A DNA stretch of 64,000 bases from a virus: the IMG/VR virus record IMGVR_UViG_3300006065_000007, positions 20,459 to 84,458 of that record. The stretch is one strand, 5' to 3'. A program made the position numbers and the translations under genes. Positions 48,450 through 57,969 of the stretch are shown here, one piece after another; the stretch's first letter is position 1, and every line of letters starts with the position of its first letter. The notes beneath the pieces are model-generated. The model was not told the DNA's origin. It worked only from the letters and a program-made list of their open reading frames with translations, and made no database searches.

Positions 48450-48667
48450 ACGAAAATGGTAACAAAACATATGAAATTAATATTTTCAAATATGAAATTA
48501 TTAAAATGTGTATGGAAAGATTATTAAATGAATATGAAGATGTTGATGAAGAAATGGGTCAATTCTCACAAAAAGACACATCTATATCATTCAGATTAGC
48601 ATTTAATACACTTTTGAAAAATAATATAATAATAGAAATGGAAACAGAAATTGATGAATTATTTTAA
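48368..48667 (+). CDS. Hypothetical protein
   Basis: KYEIIKMCMERLL..FRLAFNTLL; coupled to neighbours. Confidence 0.6.
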   Translation: MVKIFGKEYFIDIEKVSETCKFNDSSVDENGNKTYEINIFKYEIIKMCMERLLNEYEDVDEEMGQFSQKDTSISFRLAFNTLLKNNIIIEMETEIDELF

Positions 48668-48679
48668 AAACAAAAAGTT

Positions 48680-49729
48680 ATGGATAAAGAAAAATTAGAA
48701 ATAATAGAAGAATCTATTAATAAAATTTTAAATCACGAAAATGTGATTTATTTTTTGACGTATGACACTAAAAATAACCCTAGAGCTTCAGTAAAACATA
48801 TCTATGATATGGCGTTATCTTTAAGAAAAAATGGGTTAAATGCTAAAATTTTGGTAGAAGATAAAACATATACAGGTGTCAAGAATTGGTTACCTGAAAT
48901 ATATGATGATATACCCATTGTTTCAATAAAAGATGATAATGTTGAAATTTATATTGAAGATGTTATTGTTGTTCCTGAACATTATTCTAATGTTTTACCA
49001 CAATTAGTAAATGTTAAGGCGGTTAAAGTAATGTTAGTTCAACAAAAAGATTTTATTTTTGAAACTTTATCAATAGGAAGTAGATGGAAAGATTTTGGTT
49101 TTGATAGATGTATTACCACAACGGAAAAAGCAAGAAAATATATTCTTGAATATTTTCCAAATACTTTAACATATGTAATTCCACCATATATAGGGGACAA
49201 TTTTAAACCATATGACAAACAACAAAAACCTTATATAGCCATAAGCTGTAGAGATAGATCAATAAATAGAAAAATAATATCTGAATTTTATTTAAAATAT
49301 CCTCATTTAAGATGGATAACTTTCAGAGATATGGTACAATTAACTTATTTTGAATTTTCAGAAGCATTAAAAGAATGTATGGTTTCGGTTTGGGTTGATG
49401 ATGAAAGTACATTTGGTACTTTCCCCTTAGAATCAATGAAGTGTGGTGTTCCAGTGGTTGGTAAAATACCAAATAATGAACCTGAATGGTTAAGTAACAA
49501 TGGTATGTGGACTGACTCATTAGACAATGTAACAGATATTTTAGCTACTTATGTTTTAGCTTGGATTGAAAGTGTTGAATTAAAAGATGATGTTAAAGAA
49601 ACCATGAGAAATACTGTATTACCCTATAATTCTGAATTACATGAAGAAAAAACAATATCAGTTTTTAATTCATTAATATCTAACAGATTAGAAACAATAA
49701 AAAAATTAAAGGAAAAATACGAAAAATAA
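48680..49729 (+). CDS. GT-B glycosyltransferase-like protein
   Basis: VIVVPE, STFGTFPLESMKCGVPVVG (E..GL..LEAM.CG.PV motif). Confidence 0.8.
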   Translation: MDKEKLEIIEESINKILNHENVIYFLTYDTKNNPRASVKHIYDMALSLRKNGLNAKILVEDKTYTGVKNWLPEIYDDIPIVSIKDDNVEIYIEDVIVVPEHYSNVLPQLVNVKAVKVMLVQQKDFIFETLSIGSRWKDFGFDRCITTTEKARKYILEYFPNTLTYVIPPYIGDNFKPYDKQQKPYIAISCRDRSINRKIISEFYLKYPHLRWITFRDMVQLTYFEFSEALKECMVSVWVDDESTFGTFPLESMKCGVPVVGKIPNNEPEWLSNNGMWTDSLDNVTDILATYVLAWIESVELKDDVKETMRNTVLPYNSELHEEKTISVFNSLISNRLETIKKLKEKYEK

Positions 49730-49736
49730 AAAAATT

Positions 49737-50525
49737 ATGAAAAAAATTACAATTTTATTACCAATACATATTTTAAATGATGATTATGTGACAATGTTAA
49801 AAAACGCATTAACATCTATTGAAGATTTTCATAACGATATTGACTTATTAATTATATGTCCTAAAAATATAATAACTATACTTGAAGATTTTAATTTTGG
49901 TCAAAAGTTAAATGTTAAATTAATAGAAAATACTACAGAAAATTTCGATTTTACAAGTCAAATTAACATTGGAATTGATAACTGTGAAACTGAATGGTTT
50001 TCCATTATGGAAATTGATGATGAATATAAAAAAAATTGGGTTAAACTAATGAATGACTATATGATTGAAAATAATGATGTTGATGTATTTCTTCCTGTTG
50101 TAAAAGATATTAATCAAAATGGTGATTTTTTATCTTTTACCAACGAATCTGTTTGGGCTTATGGGTTTTGTGAAAAACAAGGATATTTAGATAAAGAAGT
50201 TCTATTAGAATTCCAAAATTATCAAACTAGTGGTGGATTATTTAAAACACAAGTAATTAAAGATAATGGTAAACTAAAAAATAACATAAAATTAACCTTT
50301 ATGTATGAGTTTTTACTAAGATTATTACATAATGGAGTTAAAATAATGTCAATTCCCAAAATAGGTTATCAACATGTTAATTTTAGAGAAGATTCATTAT
50401 TTTGGAAATATCAAAATGATGTAGAATTTAAATTATCAGAAAAAGAAATAAAATTTTGGGTTGAAACAGCAAAAAAAGAATATTTTTTCAAAAATAAACG
50501 AGATATAACGTATATGGAAACATAA
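49737..50525 (+). CDS. GT2-family glycosyltransferase
   Basis: ITILLPI, QINIGIDNCETEWFSIMEIDDEY, FLLRLL. Confidence 0.8.
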   Translation: MKKITILLPIHILNDDYVTMLKNALTSIEDFHNDIDLLIICPKNIITILEDFNFGQKLNVKLIENTTENFDFTSQINIGIDNCETEWFSIMEIDDEYKKNWVKLMNDYMIENNDVDVFLPVVKDINQNGDFLSFTNESVWAYGFCEKQGYLDKEVLLEFQNYQTSGGLFKTQVIKDNGKLKNNIKLTFMYEFLLRLLHNGVKIMSIPKIGYQHVNFREDSLFWKYQNDVEFKLSEKEIKFWVETAKKEYFFKNKRDITYMET

Positions 50526-51227
50526 ATGTCTAGAAAAAGAACCCACAAAAATTATTTTGGGGTAGATCAGGAAGAAGCGGTAATAAGATATATAGAATCT
50601 GAATCCGAATATGAAAAAAACAAGATATTCAACGAATATTTACGTGAACCCCTGATTATAATGGTTGAAAGTATTATTCGGCGTTATAAACTTTACAGAA
50701 AAGACTTTGAATTTAACGATTTACATACCGATACAATGTCTTTTCTTATTACAAAGATAAACAAATTTGATTCAACAAAAAATCACAAGGCGTATTCCTA
50801 TTTTGGTACAATATGTAAAAATTATTTAATGGGATCAATTCAAAAAGATACAAAAGAAACTAATAGAAGTGTATCTTATGAAGACATATCATCAAATTTA
50901 GAAGATAATATAGAGAGATCCTATATTATGGATGAAGTAAAACTAGATTACAAGGATATAATATCTAAATTAACAACGGAATTAGAAACTTTTATTTGTG
51001 AAAACGAATTAAATGAAAGTGAAATTAAATTAGGTTATGCCTTGTTAGATATTTTTTCAAATTTCGATAAAATATTTCAAATAGGTGAAGGTAATAAATT
51101 TAATAAAAATCTAATATTACTTTATTTAAGAGAAATGACATCGTTAAGTACTAAAGAAATACGTATGTCATTAAAAAAATTCAAAAAACTTTATAACAAT
51201 ATTCTTATAGATTTTATAAATCTATAA
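50526..51227 (+). CDS. Phage RNA polymerase sigma factor (gp55/sigma70-like)
   Basis: Region 2-like DLHTDTMSFLITKINKFD..KAYSYFGTICKNYL; C-terminal HTH-like segment. Confidence 0.75.
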   Translation: MSRKRTHKNYFGVDQEEAVIRYIESESEYEKNKIFNEYLREPLIIMVESIIRRYKLYRKDFEFNDLHTDTMSFLITKINKFDSTKNHKAYSYFGTICKNYLMGSIQKDTKETNRSVSYEDISSNLEDNIERSYIMDEVKLDYKDIISKLTTELETFICENELNESEIKLGYALLDIFSNFDKIFQIGEGNKFNKNLILLYLREMTSLSTKEIRMSLKKFKKLYNNILIDFINL

Positions 51228-51258
51228 ATAAACTATTTATATATATAAATTTTTTCTT

Positions 51259-51645
51259 ATGGCTAAAAAACAAAATATAACATTAGAGATTGATTCGGCA
51301 TTGTCTTTGATGCAAGAAATATACAATGATATTGTTGAACAAAAAAACATTGCATCTACTATAACAAGAAAAATGTTAACTTTTATGAAAGAACCTGAAG
51401 ATATGAGTATGATTGGACCTGTAATAAAAGAACAACAAAAAATTTTAAATGATTGTACCGAAAAGAAAATATCATTAGTTAAATTACAAGGTGTTTTGTT
51501 AAAACAAACAACTGCGAACGGAAAAACAGGTAGTTTTTCTAAAATAACATTATCTGATGAAGATAAAAAAATATTAGAAGAACTTATGAATGGTAATGAA
51601 GATGAAATGAAAAAATTAATAAATACTGAAAATTATAAAAGTTAA
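51259..51645 (+). CDS. Hypothetical coiled-coil protein
   Basis: 128 aa; late-type motif upstream. Confidence 0.55.
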   Translation: MAKKQNITLEIDSALSLMQEIYNDIVEQKNIASTITRKMLTFMKEPEDMSMIGPVIKEQQKILNDCTEKKISLVKLQGVLLKQTTANGKTGSFSKITLSDEDKKILEELMNGNEDEMKKLINTENYKS

Positions 51646-53537
51646 TGGAAAAAACAAATAAAAATTATGATAAAATTCGTAGTAAAATTGAAGCCATTAA
51701 GAAAATCAATGATCATGGCGATAAGGAAATTGGTGAAGTATATGACCTAATTAGTGATGACTTACCATCTAATAAAGATATTATTCGCAGAAATATTGAT
51801 GATTATAAAAATAAGAATAAATCAAAAAAAACTGAAAATAATGATATATTTGGTAGGTTAATAACCACAGCCGAAAGTTTTTTAGGTTCAAATAATACGG
51901 ACAACATTGATGTTAAAGAAAGTCCGAAATTAAAAAATAGATTAAGAAAGTACGCAAAAGAATCTGCTTCACTAACACTCCATTCTTCGAAACAAATAGT
52001 TATGGATACGGTTAGAAATAATTTATTTGGTGGTGAGGGTGTTTGTGGTGTTGAAAAAAATTTTCCTAATGAACCTTTATTTATTTCACCTAAAGAATTT
52101 GACTTTCTAGATATGTTAACATTATCACCAGATAGTACTACTGGTACTATTATGTATGAAGACGATGAAGACATAGGATTTATTAAAATGAACCGTGAGT
52201 TATACCGTTTATTTGATAACCCATCATCTATTTTTGAATTAAATACATTTGGTGGTGATAAAATTTTTGATATTAATTGGGATGTAGATTTACAAAAATA
52301 TGAAATAAAATTACGAGATAATATACCATATAATGTTTCTGATTTTTTAACTGATTATTATTCTACAATCGAACAACCAAACATAAATAACATTATAAAA
52401 CAAACAATTTTAATGACCATTTATGGTAACGGAACTGAACCAAGATCATTTAATTTAGGGTTAAATAAATTAGATAGATTGTTACGAAAATTATTTTCTA
52501 TTTGTGGTCAAAAACAAAATCCTAAATTACTAAATCAAACCCCAAATAATTTAATAAACGAAGATGATATTGATATTGAAACATATTTTGATTTTGATGA
52601 TGTTGAAGGTATTGATATTGATGATGAAAACATGAGATTCAATAGAGTATTAAAATTCGTTGAATGTGGAAATTTTGAAACTAAACCTAATGTTAACAAT
52701 TTAGAAGATTTTGTCTATTTTACTAGAAAACGTAGAAATATGGATGAAATGGTTAATAATGTTTTAAATAAAGTTTCAAATGATGCTTATGAAGAATCAG
52801 GAAGATTAATTCCACCTATTAACTTTAGAATAGGGTTAAATTTAAAATATCTTTTAAAATTACCACGAGCATTAATATCAGCAATACTATCCCCTAAAAT
52901 GTTATTACCTGTTGTTATTATATTTAAAGCTTTTAAAAAATTAGAAATTAGTGTAACAGAAATTATGAAAAAATTATCTAAACTATTTTTTGACATCATT
53001 AGAAAAATATTTTGGAAATTTATTAAAGAATTTTGGAGATTTATTAAAAAAGATTTGTTAAATTTCATTAAAAAATTAGCTGCTAAAATTTTGAAAAATA
53101 AACTTAAAAGATACAGAATGATTTTAACATCCTTAATTTCATTATTACTAAAATTACTTAAAACAAATATAGGTAGTTGTGATGAGATTTATGGGGCTAT
53201 ATTATCTACCATAAATGGTGCTTTAAGTAATCGTATGAAAATACCTATACCAGGAATTTTACTTGGTTTATCCGATTCTTTACCCGGATATAGTACAGAT
53301 AGAGCGTATATGAATATTGTACAAAAATTAGATGCTTCTGGAATACCTATGGGTGATTTATATGGAAGAGAAAACGATTTTCATTTTGTTATTAAATCTA
53401 TTATAGAAGGTAATACTGAAGAAAGTGATCAAAATTCATATGTTAAAGTTACTAATCAAGAAATTTTTATACCAACACCTGTAGGACCAATAATGATACC
53501 ACCAGGTATTTTAACAAGTAATGGAAAAATATTTTAA
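51645..53537 (+). CDS. Hypothetical structural protein
   Basis: 630 aa; long amphipathic/basic helices; in the baseplate operon. Confidence 0.5.
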   Translation: MEKTNKNYDKIRSKIEAIKKINDHGDKEIGEVYDLISDDLPSNKDIIRRNIDDYKNKNKSKKTENNDIFGRLITTAESFLGSNNTDNIDVKESPKLKNRLRKYAKESASLTLHSSKQIVMDTVRNNLFGGEGVCGVEKNFPNEPLFISPKEFDFLDMLTLSPDSTTGTIMYEDDEDIGFIKMNRELYRLFDNPSSIFELNTFGGDKIFDINWDVDLQKYEIKLRDNIPYNVSDFLTDYYSTIEQPNINNIIKQTILMTIYGNGTEPRSFNLGLNKLDRLLRKLFSICGQKQNPKLLNQTPNNLINEDDIDIETYFDFDDVEGIDIDDENMRFNRVLKFVECGNFETKPNVNNLEDFVYFTRKRRNMDEMVNNVLNKVSNDAYEESGRLIPPINFRIGLNLKYLLKLPRALISAILSPKMLLPVVIIFKAFKKLEISVTEIMKKLSKLFFDIIRKIFWKFIKEFWRFIKKDLLNFIKKLAAKILKNKLKRYRMILTSLISLLLKLLKTNIGSCDEIYGAILSTINGALSNRMKIPIPGILLGLSDSLPGYSTDRAYMNIVQKLDASGIPMGDLYGRENDFHFVIKSIIEGNTEESDQNSYVKVTNQEIFIPTPVGPIMIPPGILTSNGKIF

Positions 53538-53736
53538 AATGGATAAAGATAAAATAATAAACATAGTTGAAAACCACAAAGATAAATCTAATAAAGATTT
53601 ACTTGAAACTAGAGATATTCTAATAAAAGAATATACAAAAACAAAAGAACTAATTATTGATTTAACAAAACATTTAGATGTTATAGAAGATTTTTATGAT
53701 ATAGTTAATAATGAAATTAAAAACAGATTATTATAA
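53521..53736 (+). CDS. Small coiled-coil protein
   Basis: 71 aa, translationally coupled. Confidence 0.55.
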   Translation: MEKYFKMDKDKIINIVENHKDKSNKDLLETRDILIKEYTKTKELIIDLTKHLDVIEDFYDIVNNEIKNRLL

Positions 53737-55244
53737 TGAAAATTATAGATATTGGACAATGTATTGATAATATCGATCCAAAAGGTATAGGTAGAATTAG
53801 ATATAAACCATTTGGCTTATTTACTAGTGAAATTGAAAAATCATTCACATATGAAAAATGGGATAAAAATGATCCATTTGTAGCTATTCCATTTCTACCA
53901 CCACATATTAATATAATACCACAAATTAAACAATCAATAAAAATAATTAAATATGATACCGACAAAAATACACAAAACGTAGAATATATTGCCGGACCAT
54001 ATTCAACACCACATGATTTTGGTTCAGAAACTTTTACCAATCAACATAAACATACAACATATGGGGGTGTTATTGTTAAAGATTTACCAGATTTAATGGA
54101 TGAAAATGGGGTTTTTATTGATAAAAAATCTGTCGGGTCTACAACAAAATTATCCGATATTTCTATTAATGGTAACTATGGATCAGATACAATTTATACC
54201 GAAAATGGTGTTATAATTCGAGGCGGAAAACTAATTTCAAAAGACACTAAAAATAAAAATTTAAAAAAAAGGTTACGAGAAGTACCAATATCATCTGAAA
54301 AAGTTTCTAAAATATCATTGAAAAAATTTTCTAATTCAATGAAAATGGTTGAAGAACGTGAAACACAAATTAAAGTATCTGTTAGTAAAATAAAATATAT
54401 CATAGAATATGAACTTGATGACCTAATTTCACCAAGTGAACTTAAAATTTATGCATATAAAGTTATAAACCCATTTGGTTCTACATTAGATACTAATGTG
54501 TTTAAAGAATCAACTGATGTTGATTTAACAGATACTACAAAATTTAAATTAATTAGGGAAGATGAAAATCCTTATACTATAGTTATTCCTGTTGATGATA
54601 TAAAATCAGCATGTTCTGAAATGAGGGAATTTTTATATGTTACATTAGATGAACGAACACTTAGAGAAATAAATAGTACCTTTCCAAACGAAGATTCACA
54701 TCCTTTCTTTTTTAGACCAACAAAAAGTTTTAGACTTAAACCAACTATAAATGAAACTGAAAAAAATAATAAAAACTATTTTATTTCAAATATTAGTATT
54801 AGAGGTTCAGAAAATGGTTCTTCACTTATTTTCTCAAAGTTATCCGTAAAACCACCTATAATTGAAATTCCTAAAAAAGTAAAAAAATTAAAAATAGAAG
54901 GATTAAAAGATGAACAAACATTTGCTTCTGTTTTATCCGATTATATATGTCTTTTATCCAGTGATGTAAATAAAGGGGAAAATACATTAATTAATTTTAA
55001 AAATTTAGACCCTTATGAATACACACAAGAAGATTATTTAAGTAGAATATTACCTAATACATATTCTATAGTTAGAGGGGAAACGTTAATAAAATTGTTG
55101 TCATTAATGTATGAATATATGATCGGTCATGTTCATAATATAAATAAACCAGGAATATATATCTATGAAAAAGAAAAAGAATTATCTGAAATGATAAATA
55201 GTATGAAAAATATTTTAATTAACCAATCAATTAGAATTAACTAA
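53736..55244 (+). CDS. Baseplate hub/spike protein (gp5/VgrG OB-fold-like)
   Basis: GQCIDNIDPKGIGRIR and PF...P..P....VKII pattern; C-terminal GETL..LL..M......HVH. Confidence 0.6.
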   Translation: MKIIDIGQCIDNIDPKGIGRIRYKPFGLFTSEIEKSFTYEKWDKNDPFVAIPFLPPHINIIPQIKQSIKIIKYDTDKNTQNVEYIAGPYSTPHDFGSETFTNQHKHTTYGGVIVKDLPDLMDENGVFIDKKSVGSTTKLSDISINGNYGSDTIYTENGVIIRGGKLISKDTKNKNLKKRLREVPISSEKVSKISLKKFSNSMKMVEERETQIKVSVSKIKYIIEYELDDLISPSELKIYAYKVINPFGSTLDTNVFKESTDVDLTDTTKFKLIREDENPYTIVIPVDDIKSACSEMREFLYVTLDERTLREINSTFPNEDSHPFFFRPTKSFRLKPTINETEKNNKNYFISNISIRGSENGSSLIFSKLSVKPPIIEIPKKVKKLKIEGLKDEQTFASVLSDYICLLSSDVNKGENTLINFKNLDPYEYTQEDYLSRILPNTYSIVRGETLIKLLSLMYEYMIGHVHNINKPGIYIYEKEKELSEMINSMKNILINQSIRIN

Positions 55245-55263
55245 TATTTATAATATAAAAAAG

Positions 55264-56640
55264 ATGTCATATTTTAGATCATATTTTGAAAAAAACAATA
55301 CACTATTAAAGGATTCCAATATTAATACTGCTAAAAATCCTAATACAGAAATATTTTATGGTAATGGGTTTTCTAAATTTATTTTTAAAATTGATTTAGA
55401 ACCATTAAAAAATAAAATTAATGATGGTACATTTGTATTAAATGAAAACACTAAGCATTATTTAAATTTAACTAATACAATTTTTGGTGATGAAACATTT
55501 CTAGGTAAAAAAAATGGAAAAGGTAGAAATAGAACATCATCTTTTGACTTAATTTTATTTCCCATTACCGAAGACTGGGATGAGGGTGTAGGATACGATT
55601 ATACTCAACCACATGATTACACCATCGGTAGTGAAACGTTCAGCATACGACCTTCTAATTGGAAATACAGACAAAGTAATGTTGAGTGGTCGGAAGAAGG
55701 TATATATGAAACAGTACCTAACGATATAATTAGTATAATTCACTTTGATAATGGAAATGAAAATATTAAAGAAGACATAACTTCATATATTAATGGTATA
55801 TTAAGTGGTTTTACTGAAAGTGGTATAACACAAAATTATGGTATGGGTATAGCTTTTCACCCCAATTATTCAGAAATTATGACCGAAATTGAAGAATCAG
55901 TAGCATTTTTCACAAAATATACACAAACATTTTTTGAACCATATTTAGAATCTGTATTTGATGATGTTATTATCGATAATCGAAATAATTTTACCGCAGA
56001 AATTGAAAATAATTTATATCTTTATGTAATAAAAGATGGAAACTATTATGATTTAGACGAATCACCCATTGTTGATATCTTTGATGAAGTAGGGTTGTTA
56101 GAAACACATACATCATCTAAAGTAAGAAAAGGTATTTATAAAATAACTTTTGATTTAGAAGGTGAACTTTGTACTGGAAAAAGATTTTTTAAAGATGTAT
56201 GGAAACAAATAAAAATAAATGGAAAGAATCTTCCATCTATAACACAAAAATTTATTCCTTATCCTTTGTCTAATGTGTTTAGTATAGGTTCTGATAACAT
56301 GAATTTTGATAGATATGTTTTACAATATCATGGCGTTAAATTGAATGAAAAAATAAAAAGAGGTGAAGTTAGAAAAATAACTGTAATTTTAAAGTCAATA
56401 AACTCTGTTATTCCAATATTAAGTGAACAATTATTTTATAGAATTTATGTTAAAGAAGGAAAAACACAAGTTAATGTCTTTGATTGGACAAAAATGGATA
56501 AAACAAATATTAATTCATTTATGTTAGATACTAGTTATTTAATTCCTAGAGAATATTACATTGAAATTAAATCAATGATAAACAATGAAGAAATTTTTTA
56601 TAAAAATGAAATAAAATTTGAAATTATATCTGAAAAATGA
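55264..56640 (+). CDS. Structural protein (beta-sandwich, DNRLRE-like)
   Basis: FEKNNTL..NTAKNPNTEIFYG, EDWDEGVGYDY, FFTKYTQTFFEPYLE. Confidence 0.55.
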   Translation: MSYFRSYFEKNNTLLKDSNINTAKNPNTEIFYGNGFSKFIFKIDLEPLKNKINDGTFVLNENTKHYLNLTNTIFGDETFLGKKNGKGRNRTSSFDLILFPITEDWDEGVGYDYTQPHDYTIGSETFSIRPSNWKYRQSNVEWSEEGIYETVPNDIISIIHFDNGNENIKEDITSYINGILSGFTESGITQNYGMGIAFHPNYSEIMTEIEESVAFFTKYTQTFFEPYLESVFDDVIIDNRNNFTAEIENNLYLYVIKDGNYYDLDESPIVDIFDEVGLLETHTSSKVRKGIYKITFDLEGELCTGKRFFKDVWKQIKINGKNLPSITQKFIPYPLSNVFSIGSDNMNFDRYVLQYHGVKLNEKIKRGEVRKITVILKSINSVIPILSEQLFYRIYVKEGKTQVNVFDWTKMDKTNINSFMLDTSYLIPREYYIEIKSMINNEEIFYKNEIKFEIISEK

Positions 56641-56955
56641 AAAAAAATAATAATAACAGAAAATCAACTTAAAACACTTTTAAGAAAAAACGAAGAAATT
56701 TATTTCGATAGTTTTAGTGAAGCAGTTCAAAAAGCCAGATCAATAGCATAAAAAAGAGGTTATGAAATAGATGAAGATGATTGGTGGAGAGAAATAAATA
56801 CAGGACAAGGTAGACCTAAAGAAGGTAAAACAACAAGAGCAACAATAGGTTTAACTAAAAATGGGAAACCCCAAAAAAAATCGTTACATATACAAGTTTA
56901 TAATAGGGGTATTGAAGTTAAAAAAAATTATGAACTAAATTTTTATATTAGTTAA
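56637..56955 (+). pseudogene. Disrupted head-type protein gene (A8 frameshift plus premature TAA)
   Basis: ATG 56637, A8 run, then IIITENQLK..YFDSFSEAVQKARSIA*KRGYEIDEDDWW..GRPKEGKT..LHIQVYNRG..YELNFYIS*. Confidence 0.65.
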
Positions 56956-57392
56956 TAAAATTCTACTTCAACACCACATTCTTTTAACATAAGAAACGAT
57001 TTCGTTTGTTGTTCTACCCATTTATCTTTATTTATAGTTGTACATTCTCTTTTACAATATACTTTTTTTATACCCGAATTTATTATTGCCCTAGCACAAT
57101 CACAACAAGGTAAACCCGATGTTAAATAAATTGTAGAATCCATTGTAGATACACCAACTCTAGCTGCATTGTAAATAGCATTTCTTTCTGAGTGTTCAAA
57201 CCAAAAATATTTTTCAGGTCTTTCCTGTCTTTCAGGTTTATTATCATCAAGTCCTCTAGGAAATGAGTTATACCCTGTTGATATTATTTCACCACCTTTT
57301 CCTACTATTACTGAACCAATCTTAGTTGATTCGTCTTTTGATTTTTCTTTTACTACCTCAGCTATTTTTAAAAAATATTCAGTCCAATTCAT
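56952..57392 (-). CDS. dCMP deaminase
   Basis: STGYNSFP, HSERNAIY, PCCDCARAIINSGI. Confidence 0.92.
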   Translation of the reverse strand: MNWTEYFLKIAEVVKEKSKDESTKIGSVIVGKGGEIISTGYNSFPRGLDDNKPERQERPEKYFWFEHSERNAIYNAARVGVSTMDSTIYLTSGLPCCDCARAIINSGIKKVYCKRECTTINKDKWVEQQTKSFLMLKECGVEVEFY

Positions 57393-57834
57393 ATATTAAA
57401 TTAATTTCGTATTTATTATCTATAAAATATGTTTTATGTATTTGAGTAATTTTTTGAATATATAAAGAATCCTCAGCATATCCTATATTGGTTAAAAAAT
57501 AAAAATAATTTCCATCATCATATCTTTTATCTTGCCAATCTTTATAATATATTATACTCTCTTCCCAGTGTTCAAACTTCATATGTCCATTTCTGGTTGT
57601 GAATCCGAATAAATTATTATCATTTAATGCACCACCCGATTTCAAATGACCTGTTTCTAAAATAACTTGACTAAAAACAATTTCAGGGTGTTGTATATCA
57701 TATTCTAAAATTTTATCATATACGTTTTTTATTGTTAATTCTAATTCTTCTATTTCTTCGTTTAAAATTATTAGTTGATTGTATGTTCCAAATGAAAAAG
57801 ATAAAAAAATAATACTAAAAATTAATTTTTTCAT
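57379..57834 (-). CDS. GH73/glucosaminidase-like cell-wall hydrolase with signal peptide
   Basis: MKKLIFSIIFLSFSFG signal; SQVILETG..NNLFG..Y.......GYAED..Y. Confidence 0.7.
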   Translation of the reverse strand: MKKLIFSIIFLSFSFGTYNQLIILNEEIEELELTIKNVYDKILEYDIQHPEIVFSQVILETGHLKSGGALNDNNLFGFTTRNGHMKFEHWEESIIYYKDWQDKRYDDGNYFYFLTNIGYAEDSLYIQKITQIHKTYFIDNKYEINLIYELD

Positions 57835-57924
57835 AGTTTTTTTTTATTTTGATAAATTTAAATTAATTTAGATTAATGTACAAAATTTACAAAAAAATAT
57901 TTTAAATACCAAATTATATAAAAG

Positions 57925-57950
57925 AAAAAGGTGGATTTCTCCACCTTTTT
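57925..57950. terminator. Terminator after major capsid gene
   Basis: AAAAAGGTGGA-TTTC-TCCACCTTTTT. Confidence 0.9.
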
Positions 57951-57969
57951 ACTATAATGTGTTTTACGA

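Noticed and set aside
7580-57000. Numerous 60-125 aa ORFs nested antisense or out of frame within larger genes (e.g. 7580, 10717, 14661, 32308, 39957, 43786, 51803, 52787, 55555)
   Set aside because: Entirely inside well-supported CDSs with no recognisable motifs; expected by chance.
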